From positions 43,470,634-43,515,220 of the forward strand of contig NC_068998.1 in the NCBI RefSeq assembly GCF_001194135.2: 44,587 bases of DNA, in the 5' to 3' direction. This document shows positions 11,278-22,747 of this stretch, in pieces (position 1 is the first letter of the stretch; each line of letters opens with the position of its first letter). A model generated the notes under the pieces. It had not been told where the DNA came from, searched no databases, and saw nothing but the letters and a program-made list of their open reading frames with translations. A program made the position numbers and the translations under genes. The DNA comes from Octopus bimaculoides. Taxonomy: Eukaryota.

Positions 11278-11592
11278 CCTGGGCTGACCAAAGTCTTATG
11301 GTAGACAGAAACTGAAAGAAGCCCATCATACATATGTGCGTGTGTGTGTATGTGTGTGTGTATGTATGTATTCATGTGTGTCTGTGTTTGTCCCTCCCCA
11401 CTATTGCTTGAAGACCAATGTTGGCGTGTTCATGTCCTTGTAACTTAGCAGTCCAGCAAAAGATAACAATGGAATAAGTACTAGGTTTAGAAATAATAAG
11501 TTCTGGGGTCAATTTCTTTGACTAAAATCCTTTAAGGCAGTGCTCCAGCATGGCCACAGTCAAATGAATGAAACATGTAAAAAAATAAAGAA
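11278..11592 (+). mobile_element. SINE family A, 5'-truncated
   Basis: gaaactgaaagaagccc, internal (TG)n, gtaacttagc, gtgctccagcatggccacagtcaaatga. Confidence 0.9.
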
Positions 11593-12166
11593 TATATAGA
11601 TGCAGAAACCGACTTCATTTTAGTGAATTTTCTGTTTTGCTGTTCTCTTTCAAGAGGAGTGAGGGGTGTGGGGTTGTCATGCAAAATTGTATTACTTGGA
11701 AATAAACAAGTAAAAGTTAAATGGACGTTTGAGAAGAAATAATAATATTTACTTCTCAGAAATGCAATGTAATGCAGAAAGTGAAAGAGTGTGTATATGA
11801 AAAAATTGAGAGAGAAAGGCAATATGATGAATAGCTAAAGCTGCTGTCATACAAGTAACTCCACCGTAGTAACTATGACAATGAATAGCAACGTCAAAGA
11901 GTAAAAAAATCTGTGTCGTCTCCATCTGATTCATTAGGAAAAATCAACAACAATGACGGTAATGAAGACAATAACAACAACATGAACAACAAGGATACAA
12001 GAACGAAACTTCGTTCGTAGCTATAATGAGCTGTGACTGGATTAAATTGCCACTTGACCCCATGGAAGTATATGTAAGGTAATATAAATGTAATGTTACA
12101 CACCTGGGATTCCTGGAATTTCTAGTCACTAAGATACAAAGTAAACAGAAAAAAAAATATTGTTTA

Positions 12167-12337
12167 TAGGCGAGCTGGCAGAAGCATTAGCACGCCAGGC
12201 GAAATGTTTCGCGGTATTTCGTCTGTTTTCAGGTTCTGAGTTCAAATTCCATCAAGGTCGACTTTGCCTTTCATCCTTATGGGGTCGATAAATTAAGTAC
12301 CAGTTATGCACTGGGGTCGATGTAATTGACTTAATCC
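12167..12337 (+). mobile_element. SINE family B copy (left arm of inverted pair)
   Basis: ggcgagctggcagaagcattagcacgccaggcgaaatg...ttctgagttcaaattcc. Confidence 0.92.
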
Positions 12338-12495
12338 ATTGACCCCAGTGCATAACTGGTACTTATTTAATTGACCCTGAAAGGATGAAAGGCAAAGTTG
12401 ACCTCGGCGGAATTTGAACTCAGAACATAGCGACAGACGAAATGCTGCTAAGCATTTTACTTGGAATGCTAATGATTCTGCCAGCTCACCACCTC
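12338..12495 (-). mobile_element. SINE family B copy (right arm of inverted pair)
   Basis: gaccccagtgcataactggtac...gattctgccagctcaccacct. Confidence 0.92.
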
Positions 12496-12540
12496 AATAA
12501 TAATAATAATAATGATAATATTAATAATAATAACAATAAT

Positions 12541-12681
12541 CGTTTCCAGTTTAGGCACAAGGCTAACCGTTTGGAGGGGAAGGGGTAACTTGACACCATA
12601 GACCCCTGTACTTAAATGGTACTTTATTTTATTGACTCTTGAGGGCAATGTTGACCCCGGTAGGATTTGAAGTCAGAACAA
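12541..12681 (-). mobile_element. SINE family B 3' part, diverged
   Basis: aggcacaagg..ggaggggaagggg, tggtactttattttattgac, gttgaccccggtaggatttgaagtcagaac. Confidence 0.65.
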
Positions 12682-13191
12682 AATCATTTAACTAAATATC
12701 AAAAAGTGTTAATTTTCTTCTTTTTTTCTTTCTTTATTGATGCATTATCGTTTCTGTCAATTCTTAACCAATAAAAACAATATTGATTGTTTTGTGCATT
12801 GGTTTAAAAATCAAAAAATTTTTTAAAGGAAGACTATAGGCTTTTTAATTGACCCTTACACATCTCAAGTATTGGTGGTTGATGTTTTATTGATTTAGCT
12901 ACCAAGACATGAAAAAATAAATTGCTCCCAGCAAAAATTGAACTTACAACATAGTAAAAAAAAAAATTTTTTTAAATAAAATAAATACAATTAGATATTT
13001 AGTCAGCTGCATTATCAGTGCTTTCTGCTAGGCTTCCCAATTTTTGTGGTCATGCAATTAATTTAATCTCTCTCCTGTATTTGTCAGTTAATTATTTTAC
13101 CATAAAGAAATTTAGCTAAATACCAACGAGGCATTTAATCCATTGGTTTACCAATTCTGCTGTCCACTAACATGTTACTATAACTACTACT

Positions 13192-13222
<31 letters not shown>

Positions 13223-13234
13223 TTAATTTCATTA

Positions 13235-13430
13235 ATCTGGAAATGATGAAAGCCAAAGTTGACCTTAGTGGAATTTGGATTTAGCATTTTGTCGAACATG
13301 GTAACGATTCTGCCAGCTCACAGCATTAACAAAAACAATAATAATAATGTCAAATTTTGGTAAAGTGGCAGTAATTTTTTAGGGCAAGAGAAGTTGATTA
13401 CATCGACCCCAGTACTTGACTGGTACTCGT
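13235..13430 (-). mobile_element. Two SINE family B fragments separated by (AAT/AAC)n
   Basis: gatgaaagccaaagttgacc...gattctgccagctcac (13235-13320); gattacatcgaccccagtacttgactggtac (13350-13430). Confidence 0.75.
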
Positions 13431-13435
13431 TATCA

Positions 13436-13751
13436 GTCATGTTTGTCTGACCGTAGACTAGATATCTCAAAAACCGTTGTATAGATTCAGATGAAACTTT
13501 CAGGGATGTTCGGCCTCGTGACTGGCACAAACTGATTAGATTTTGGGATCGATCCAGTACCAGACAATGATTCTGGATTATTTTTCTGATATTTTTACTT
13601 AATTTTTGAGAGCGGTTGGGTTCATTTTTTGTATTCTCATTTGTGAGATCAGTCAAGTTTATTTCAGATTTTAAAAATCATCTCTGGCTAATCATTGACA
13701 GGACGTTGGTGTCGCCTTGGCAAAGGCTTGTGCTCTCTGACTGCTCTTGTT
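13436..13751 (+). mobile_element. Helentron/DINE-1-like non-autonomous element (HINE-type), 5' end missing
   Basis: gtttgtctg start, gatatctcaaaaac..gattcagatgaaactt, gattagattttgggatcgatcc, and 3' end ccttggcaaaggcttgtgctctctgactgctcttgtt resembling the recalled subTIR CCTTGGCGGAGG plus GCGCTCT..AGTGC hairpin. Confidence 0.6.
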
Positions 13752-13808
13752 ATTATTATCATTATTATTATCATTATTATTATCATCATTATTATTATTA
13801 TTATTATT

Positions 13809-13937
13809 AGGGTGGCAACCTGGCAGAATCGTTAGCACACAGAGCAAAATGCTAAGGGACATTTCATCCATCTTTATGTTCTGAGTTCAAGTTCTGCTAA
13901 GTTCGACTTTGCTTTTCATTCTTTCGGGGTCGATAAA
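13809..13937 (+). mobile_element. SINE family B 5' part, truncated at (CA)n
   Basis: ctggcagaatcgttagcac...ttctgagttcaagttc...ttcggggtcgataaa. Confidence 0.85.
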
Positions 13938-13954
13938 CACACACACACACACAC

Positions 13955-13984
<30 letters not shown>

Positions 13985-13986
<2 letters not shown>

Positions 13987-14138
13987 GACAGACTTCTTTC
14001 AGTTTCCAGCTCCCAATTTCACTCACAAGGCTTTGATTGGTCTGATACCACAGTAGAAGACACTTGCCTGAGGTATCACACAGTGGGACTGAACATGGAA
14101 CCATGTAGTTGGGGAGCTGATTTCTTACCACACAGCCA
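13985..14138 (-). mobile_element. SINE family A 5' half
   Basis: cttctttcagtttcc..cacaaggcttt..agaagacacttgcc..cagtgggactgaac..ttaccacacagcca. Confidence 0.88.
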
Positions 14139-14865
14139 TATGTGTTCGGTGAGTTTATACACATAAGACTGCATAAGTGTTTCTTAACGTTTAAATTTCT
14201 GTATCTGTCATTATGCATATGGCTACTATTTCTAGCAGATAAGTCACCTCTTCAGAGGCTTCCTCATTGCTGTTGTTGCTTAGACCCAGATCAATCTTGT
14301 TCCAACAGGTCCATTATCATTTTTCAGGTTTTGTGTGTATTCAAGACTTCATTATACAAAATGTTGTTTTCTTCTTCTTTTGTTTTTCAAGGCAAATCAC
14401 GAGGAAGATTTGCAGCTATATCTAGCAGCATAAGTGACCACGTAGTAGCTCCTTCATTCTTGCTCATATATTATCAGATTTCACAGTAAGTTTTCAATAG
14501 AAATAGTATACGGATATGGCAATGTATATAGATGATTAATGAAAATAATAGCTAACACAAACACAAACTATGGAGAAAGGAAGAAAATGCTGAGACAATC
14601 AGCTAAAACGATACGTTCCAGATGCAACAGATTAAAAATACTGAAGATAAAAAGAAGTAAAATGAGATAGGATGATGCATCTGATAAGAAACATAAGTTT
14701 GGGGCTTGATATGAATATATCAATGAATGATAACGGAGATGAGAAACAGAAAATATTAGCTTCAAAATATGCCAGCACGAAGTACATATGACCCATCTTT
14801 GGTTTGTTTAGTTCCAGATCTGGCATGATTGAACAGATCTTTAGCATAAGTGTTCTATTTGTGAT

Positions 14866-15288
14866 CAGCTGTGTGGTAAGAAGCTTGGTTACCACCCACA
14901 TAGTTGCGGGTTCAGTCCCACTGCGTGACACCTTGGGCAAATGTCTTCTACTATAGCCTCGGGCTGATCAAAGCCTTGTGAGTGGATTTGGTAGATGAAA
15001 ACTGAAAGAATCCCATCGTATATATATGTATATGTGTGTGTGTGTGTGTGTGTGTGCATCTGTGTATATTCGTGTGTGTGTGTTTGTTTCCCCACCATCA
15101 CTTGACAACTGATACATGCTTGTGTGTTTACATCCCTGTAACTTAGCAGTTCGACAAAAGAGAACAATAGAATAAATACTAGGTTTACAAAGAATAAGTC
15201 CTAGGGTCGATTTGTTTGACTAAAGGTGGAGATCCAGCATGGCCACAGTCAAATGACTGAGACAAGAGAATAAGAGAATAAGAGAATA
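14866..15288 (+). mobile_element. SINE family A full copy with (AAGAGAAT)3 tail
   Basis: gctgtgtggtaag (A box), gggttcagtccc (B box), gacaccttgggcaaatgtctt CORE-like motif, internal (TG)n. Confidence 0.93.
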
Positions 15289-15370
15289 ATTATGACTACA
15301 TTGCACTGTCTGTCTTTTAAGATGACAGAATGTGGTCTCAGGGAAACTGGTTCAATCGTATAATCCTTCA

Positions 15371-15483
15371 AATGAAAGGCAAAGTCGACCTCGGCGGAAC
15401 TTGAACTCAGAATGTAACAGCAGACGAAATTCCGCTAAGCATTTCACCTGGTGTGCTAACGATTCTGCCAGCTCGCCACTTTA
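15371..15483 (-). mobile_element. SINE family B 5' part
   Basis: atgaaaggcaaagtcgacctcggcggaacttgaactcagaa...gattctgccagctcgcc. Confidence 0.9.
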
Positions 15484-15656
15484 ATAATAATAATGATAAT
15501 AATAACAATAATAATATAGAAGAAAAAGAAGAAAACGAAAAAAAAGAAGGAAGAGGAGGAAGAAGAAGGAAAGAGGAAGAGGAAGGGAGAGGAGTGAAGG
15601 AAAGCAGAAAAGGAGACGAAGAAGAAATAGTAGGAGTTGTAGCAGCAGCAGCAGCG

Positions 15657-15702
<46 letters not shown>

Positions 15703-15720
15703 CAGTAGCAGCAGTAGAAG
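15484..15720. repeat. (AAT)n, purine-rich GAA/GGA tract, (GCA)n/(GTA)n
   Basis: Directly visible. Confidence 0.9.
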
Positions 15721-16424
15721 CACTGTATCTACAGAATCTACGGCATATAGAAAGAAAGGGTATTGCACCCAGTGTAAAGGTTAGAATCTTATTAGTTTCA
15801 TACAAAAGCCATCATTGAGAAATTACAGCAAGAGTTATGACACAAAGTCATTTCAAAGTTATTACGAAAATTCTTGTGAATGATATTTTCTTCAATAACT
15901 GTTGATTAGAAGAGGGCTTTTACATAACAACTTCATCTATTCAATATATTGCGACAATTGTACATCTTTAATAATACTAGATATAAGATGGACATGTTCT
16001 TAGGCTATAATAAGTCTTTACTAGTAATTCAGAGAAGTGACTACACTTCACTTCTGAACAAACAAAACTAGAAAAGAAGAGAAGTGGATTTGCATTTAGC
16101 TCGTCTGGTGATAATTACATTATTAAGGATCTGACAATATGGCAGAGACCAAGAATTCATGAATACTTGCTATTTTCCTGAGATAAGAGAAGGGTAGAAA
16201 AACCTCTGCAGCAATCTTATTAATTTGACTACTGAAATTCAATAATAAATCCTATTGGATATGGAGATATTTTGAAGAATTGCTAAAAAAAAATTTCTGA
16301 TTTTATTAGTTTTAATTATAGAACCAATGATATACAATAAGTCTTCAAAAAACTATTGAGAACACACAAACACACAGACGCTTACACATGCACATACACA
16401 CATATATATACATATAGATATAAG

Positions 16425-16572
16425 TCTGTGCTTAGGAAATTTGCTACCACATGGTTTGTGGTTCAGTACCATTGCATGGCATCTCAGGCAAGTGTCTTCT
16501 ATTATAGCCTTGGGCTGACCAAAACCTTGTGATTGGATTTGATAGAAGGAAATTGAAAGAAGCCCATCATAT
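16425..16572 (+). mobile_element. SINE family A 5' half (diverged)
   Basis: ccacatggtttgtggttcagtacc..caggcaagtgtcttctattatagcc..gaaattgaaagaagccc. Confidence 0.85.
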
Positions 16573-16574
16573 AT

Positions 16575-16742
16575 ATCATCATCATCGTCGTTGTCATCAT
16601 CATTTAATGTCCGTCTTCCATGCTGGCATTGGTTGGACAGTTTGACAGGAGCCAACCAGACAGAAGACTACTCCAGGAAACAGTGTCTATTTTGGCATGG
16701 CTTTTATAGCTGGATGCCCTTCTTATCACCAACCACTTCAGA
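16575..16742 (-). mobile_element. RTE-type 3' tail with (GAT)n end
   Basis: Homologous to the reverse complement of 29035-29194 (ccatgctggcat.ggt.ggac.gtttgac; tagctggatgcc.ttc; ccaaccact). Confidence 0.8.
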
Positions 16743-16988
16743 GGTCAGGGGTCAGGATCTTCTATATAGCCCCAGTTTACACAAAGCCTTCTGAGTAGAT
16801 TTAGAAGATAAAAACTATGAAGAACCACTGTAGTAAAGATTATTTGCCAACATAACATGGATAGTCCTGATTTAGGACTAATGCTGCTGTAATTTAGCCC
16901 CACGAGATATCGTCTCCAGCTGGCTATATGACACGATGTGTGTCCTTATATTTTCGAAAAAGGGAATCTGGCACCCCAACTCAGCTCA

Positions 16989-17100
16989 AGAATAAGTACT
17001 AGGCTTACAAAGAATAAGTCCTGGGGTCGATCTGCTCGACTAAAGGTGGTGCTCCAGCATGGCCGCAGTCAAAATGACTGACGCGAATGAAAGAATAAAA
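16989..17100 (+). mobile_element. Family A 3' tail only, attached to non-A upstream sequence
   Basis: agaataagtactaggcttacaaagaataagtcctggggtcgatctgctcgactaaaggtggtgctccagcatggccgcagtc. Confidence 0.88.
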
Positions 17101-18289
17101 CAATACATGCACATATAGCATAAACCTTGCAATAAAGACACACGTGAACACACATACACACAGAGAGAAACACACACACACACGCACATTCATAAGCTTG
17201 CACATATATCCACAGACTGGGGAAACATTCATATTTACCTGAAATTAGTGTTAGTTTATTAAATGCAGGGAAGATCAAAGAGCTAAGAAAAAAATAGCAT
17301 TTATGTAACGAAGCGAAAAAATGTAGCATTAGTGATTGCGTACTATTGCTTGGAGTTCTGGAGAGAGAAAATACATGCACGCATGCACACACACATATAC
17401 AGAGGCTCACTCGCATATACATGAATTTGTGTGTTACATAGTCGCTTAGCATTAATACTGTCACATACACACCTGTGTTATAATGTAAAATCACAGAACA
17501 AAACCACCCCATCTTGCATTCACACATATACACACGCAAATATTATACAATGCTATACACAAAGATGATTACATACAATGGACAGAATATGATTACGAAG
17601 CAATCGAACTGAAAGGTGCAATAACTCTTATAAAATATATTATTAATTGTAAATATTAAATTGCTTTAAGTATTTAATAAGTAGTTAGAACGATTTCTTT
17701 CTTGTTTTCATGTAAGGGAATATTAACTTGTGAAGTTTTCATTTCATAATTATTATTTAGACAGAAGGAAAATAAAATATATAGGTTATTGTTAAACTAA
17801 AGTGTGTATTTAACCATTTGTATTTTTGCTGAAATCTGTTTTGATTACAGGTGAAGAAATTGTTTTAGTCTTTAGCTTGGAAATAATGTTGAATATTTCT
17901 GTCATTACGTGGAAAGTAGTTATCCAGTATGTATGTATACAATGTGCACACATGATTATGTGTATACAACCTATTCATGTATACATACATACATATATGC
18001 ACACACATACAAACATATGTATTATACAAAAGTGTATATTATGTATATATGTATATATGTATATATACACGTATATATGTGTATGTATATATTTGTATAT
18101 ATATGTATGTATTACTTATATACTTCAATATATACCCACACATATTATAAAGAGAGAGAAACAGAGCTGATTATAATTTCATACAAAAGTTTTATTAAAT
18201 TCTGCCTCATTGACTGAGAAATTAATAATTGCTTCTGAGAAAAACAAGTAATACATATATATATATATATTCACACTTTTTGCTGATAT

Positions 18290-18605
18290 ACACACATACA
18301 TATGTACATACATACACATAGATACATACAGGCCCACACACCCATACATACATACATACTTACATACATACGCATACATACATACATACACACACATACA
18401 CACCCATGCACTCAAGCACACACACACACACACATACGTACATACATACATACCCACATGCATGCATACATACATACATACATACACACACATACACACA
18501 CACACATACGTACATACATACATACACACATGCATGCATACATACATACATACATACACACACATACACACACACATGCATGCATACATACATACATACA
18601 TACAT
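18290..18605. repeat. (TACA)n/(CA)n compound satellite with roughly 66-70-nt higher-order period
   Basis: cacacacacatacgtacatacataca..cacatgcatgcatacatac block recurs. Confidence 0.9.
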
Positions 18606-19151
18606 TATTTGTTATTTCATATACAATTTCCATTGAAACTTTTTAATTCATTTCCAACAATATCTGAACTTGAATTTTTAAATTCCTAGTCTTTTTTCTT
18701 TCTTTTTTTCATTCTTTATTCTCCTTTGTATTTATTTCTTTCTTTCTTTCTTACCTTTATTTTTCCCTCTATTTAAAAATCAATCGCAACAACTTTATTT
18801 GCAAATAAAAGCATAATTATTTTCTAATTCCCAGACTTGCTAAAAAAAATCTTTTCTGAAAACTAAAGGACAAAAGAAAGAAAGAAAGAAAAAGAAGAAA
18901 GAGAACGATAATAATGGTTTTAAAGAAAGTTTTTTGTGTCAATTAATTTTCAGCATATGAATTAGCTGCTAAGAATTTAAATGTAAATAATATAAGACAC
19001 AAGAATCGTTTCAAGACAATAGAAAAACAGGCTTGACAGTACACAGACCGTGTGTCTGTGTTTAGTCATATGGTTTGTTTAAGTCACATGCATGATGGAT
19101 TCACCATTGGTCTCACCAATCAGCACTCATGTTATTTAACCAACGAAATCC

Positions 19152-19368
19152 CTCTTTTACTCTTTTACTCTTTTACTTGTTTCAGTCATTTGATTGCGGC
19201 CATGCTCGAGCACCGCCTTTAGTCAAGCAAATCAACCCCAGGACTTATTCTTTGGAAGCCTAGTACTTATTCTATCGGTCTCTTTTGCTGAACCGCTAAG
19301 TTACGGGGACATAAACACACCACCATCGGTTGTCAAGCGATGGTGGAGGGACAAACACAGACACACAA

Positions 19369-19425
<57 letters not shown>

Positions 19426-19593
19426 AAAATACGACAGGCATCTTTCAGTTTCCATCTACCAAATCCACTCACAAGGCTTTGGTCGGCCCGAGGCTATAGC
19501 AGAAGACACCTGATCAAGGTACCACGCAGTGGGACTGAACCCAGAACCATATGGTTGGTAAGCAAGCTACTTACCACACAGCCACTCCTGCAC
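19152..19593 (-). mobile_element. SINE family A full copy with (CTTTTA)n tail
   Basis: ctcttttact x3 tail; head ends cagccactcctgcac. Confidence 0.95.
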
Positions 19594-19810
19594 CCAGTTC
19601 ATGGAATTTACATGTATGCAGCTGAGTATTCCTCAGACTTATTTACCATTTTAATGCAAGTCTTAGTTATGCAGGCACATGGATTAGTGGTTAAGGCAGT
19701 GTTAATCCAGATGGTGATGTGTAATTCCTTTTATATTTAACTCTATCTCTCTCCTGTTTCCTTATATCACCCGTACCCCCTGTTCCTTATTTTCCCATCT
19801 AGCACTTCGG

Positions 19811-19863
19811 AATTGCTAAGAATTTTTGTCTTGCACACTAATGATTCTGCCAGCTCACCACCT
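19811..19863 (-). mobile_element. SINE family B head fragment
   Basis: tgctaag..cactaatgattctgccagctcaccacct. Confidence 0.7.
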
Positions 19864-20202
19864 ATCAAGCATTATCAAATATTATCTTTGTAATCTGGAC
19901 TGCTAAATTCTAGTTTGGAGTTCTTGCATCAGGACTTACATTTGTTTCGTCTGACTTGATAGTTCTGTTGAGGTTTGAAAGAATAGAATTTGGGAAAAAT
20001 GGGACAGACTTGGAGTAACAAGGACATCTCATTAACAAAGTCACAAAGGACAACAGAATACTTCTGATGTGCCAACTGATTGATTGATTGACTTAAATAA
20101 TTAATTAGCTAATGGATAGTTAACTAATATAATAAAAAATGAGTGAAAAAGAGTTTGTGTATTTATTCCATATTGGAAAAATGTTTCTCCTCAAATACAA
20201 CA

Positions 20203-20204
<2 letters not shown>

Positions 20205-20257
<53 letters not shown>

Positions 20258-20862
20258 NNNNNNNNNNNNNNNNNNNNNNNNNNNNNNNNNNNNNNNNNNN
20301 NNNNNNNNNNNNNNNNNNNNNNNNNNNNNNNNNNNNNNNNNNNNNNNNNNNNNNNNNNNNNNNNNNNNNNNNNNNNNNNNNNNNNNNNNNNNNNNNNNNN
20401 NNNNNNNNNNNNNNNNNNNNNNNNNNNNNNNNNNNNNNNNNNNNNNNNNNNNNNNNNNNNNNNNNNNNNNNNNNNNNNNNNNNNNNNNNNNNNNNNNNNN
20501 NNNNNNNNNNNNNNNNNNNNNNNNNNNNNNNNNNNNNNNNNNNNNNNNNNNNNNNNNNNNNNNNNNNNNNNNNNNNNNNNNNNNNNNNNNNNNNNNNNNN
20601 NNNNNNNNNNNNNNNNNNNNNNNNNNNNNNNNNNNNNNNNNNNNNNNNNNNNNNNNNNNNNNNNNNNNNNNNNNNNNNNNNNNNNNNNNNNNNNNNNNNN
20701 NNNNNNNNNNNNNNNNNNNNNNNNNNNNNNNNNNNNNNNNNNNNNNNNNNNNNNNNNNNNNNNNNNNNNNNNNNNNNNNNNNNNNNNNNNNNNNNNNNNN
20801 NNNNNNNNNNNNNNNNNNNNNNNNNNNNNNNNNNNNNNNNNNNNNNNNNNNNNNNNNNNNNN

Positions 20863-20923
<61 letters not shown>

Positions 20924-20935
20924 GTATATACATAT
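20205..20935. repeat. (TG)n, gap 20258-20862, (TA)n
   Basis: Directly visible. Confidence 0.97.
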
Positions 20936-21410
20936 ATCAGGAAATACTTGTGAAATGTCTGTTTTCCATTGCCAGCTCCATCTTCAACAACTTCAAACAT
21001 TTCTTTTGTTGGCATCAATCTGTCTTTTCTCTATTGTGATTTCCTAACACATTATAATTGTGTATCTATATTTGAATATAAATCTTTCTCCTTACTTGTC
21101 ATATCTACTTTCTCCTTTTTTTTTTTATTTCTTTCTCCCTTCTTTTTTGTTCTTTCACTTCTTCTTTTCTTCCCTCTCACTCTTTCCACTTTTTTACCTT
21201 TCAGTCTTACTTCTTCAATTTTCAATCTCTTTCTGCTCACAATCAATTTCTATATTTGGTTACTTCCCCACCTGTTTCTTTTCCCCACTCTCTTTCTACT
21301 GTATGAATACACACATTTGTATATATATGTGTGTATTACACACACACGTACACATGCACACACACACACACACACATGCACAAGTGCACACACATACACA
21401 CACATGTGTT

Positions 21411-21449
<39 letters not shown>

Positions 21450-21451
<2 letters not shown>

Positions 21452-21630
21452 CTAGCTAGCTAGATAGATAGATGGATAAATAGATAGATAGTTAGATAGA
21501 TGAATGGATAAATAGATAGATAGATAGGTAGATAGATGGATAGATAGACAGATAGATCGGTGGATGGATAGATAGATAGATAGATAGATTGATAGATAGA
21601 TAGACTGGTAGATAGATAGAGAAAGAGATA
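21450..21630. repeat. (GATA)n microsatellite
   Basis: Directly visible. Confidence 0.93.
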
Positions 21631-22232
21631 TATAGGTATATGTTTATATGTTCGTGTAAATTCTCATCTATTAACACCTGTGTATTTATAAATATATGTG
21701 TGTCTGTGTGTGTTTATTCATATCTATGCATATTTTTATAAATTGTCCATATACGTATGTACAACCATACAAACTTTTAGAATATGTGTGTAAATCCGTA
21801 TATATATTATACATATATATTTGTAAGTAAACATGCTCAAATTTTCTTTTTGAGACTTTTAGCATAGTCTGCTGCCTCTCCCTGTTAGAAGAAAGCTACC
21901 TTGATCATTTACAGTTATCTCCTTACATTCAAACTTGTTGCTGTGTACAGTCAACTGACCTAACAAAACCAAGTTTTGAGAATCTATTCCTTGTTAATCT
22001 CATATAAATTAACAAATATAAGCTCTGCACATGTCAGCAGCATACAGTTGTACTGAGCACATCTATTTTTTTATACTACAATATAAATAAAAACTATAAA
22101 TGTATATATGTTCATTCATTCACTCTGCATCTGTTTTACTTTGCCGGTACAAGTGGCATAGGTACTTATTGAAAGCAGTTTTATCTTACAATTGGATGCT
22201 GTTCTTGTCATCAATCCTTATCTATTTTATAA

Positions 22233-22427
22233 TTAACTCTTTTGCATTCAGATTAACTCAGTCAAATGTAATGCTTATTCATTCACATTGCTTTGAAGCA
22301 GTCATGTATATAATTTCATAGCTTCAGGATTTCAAGGATGCGGCTTTTTACTTTTAAAATAATATAGTAGGTTAGGTGTGAGAGGCTTGATCTGGTAGAG
22401 GCTTGATATGACTGGTTAAAGGGTCAA
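22233..22427 (+). mobile_element. MITE with TTAA-like flanks and CCCTTT/AAAGGG-like termini (piggyBac-type, degenerate)
   Basis: Begins ttaa|ctcttttgcattcagat and ends ggttaaaggg|tcaa; a homologous fragment lies at 8774-8911. Confidence 0.5.
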
Positions 22428-22579
22428 AGGATTTTTAATTCCACTATTTCAAGAGAGCAGAGCTATAGGATTTTATATTCAAAACGTATAGAAACACAAA
22501 AATACTGTTTCTTTTGGTCAGATAATCTCATGTAACTTATATAACTTAGAAGTTTAGGAAAAAGATAAGTAGGAAGCAT

Positions 22580-22680
22580 AAATAAGTACTGGGGTCAATT
22601 TGTTCAGCTAAACCCTTCAAGGCAGAGCCCCAGTATGGCCACAATCAAATGACTGAAGTAAATACATATAAAAAGATAAG
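22580..22680 (+). mobile_element. Family A-type 3' tail fragment
   Basis: aataagtactggggtcaatttgttc..ccagtatggccacaatcaaatgactgaa. Confidence 0.75.
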
Positions 22681-22747
22681 ATGTAATTTTGAGGTTTAGT
22701 TTGCTACAGTTTTACTTAGATCAGTACTAATCAATCAGGCCTACGAT

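Noticed and set aside
14392-14485. Exon-like segment (tttttcaag|...caca|gtaagt) with one open frame KSRGRFAAISSSISDHVVAPSFLLIYYQIS
   Set aside because: It overlaps a dispersed repeat motif (tctagcagcataagtgacc, also at about 14232 and 8220), and the peptide is unrecognisable.
21900-21959. Minus-strand 60-nt exon candidate (QLTVHSNKFECKEITVNDQ)
   Set aside because: The donor is weak (gtagct), there are no partner exons, and I recognise no homology.
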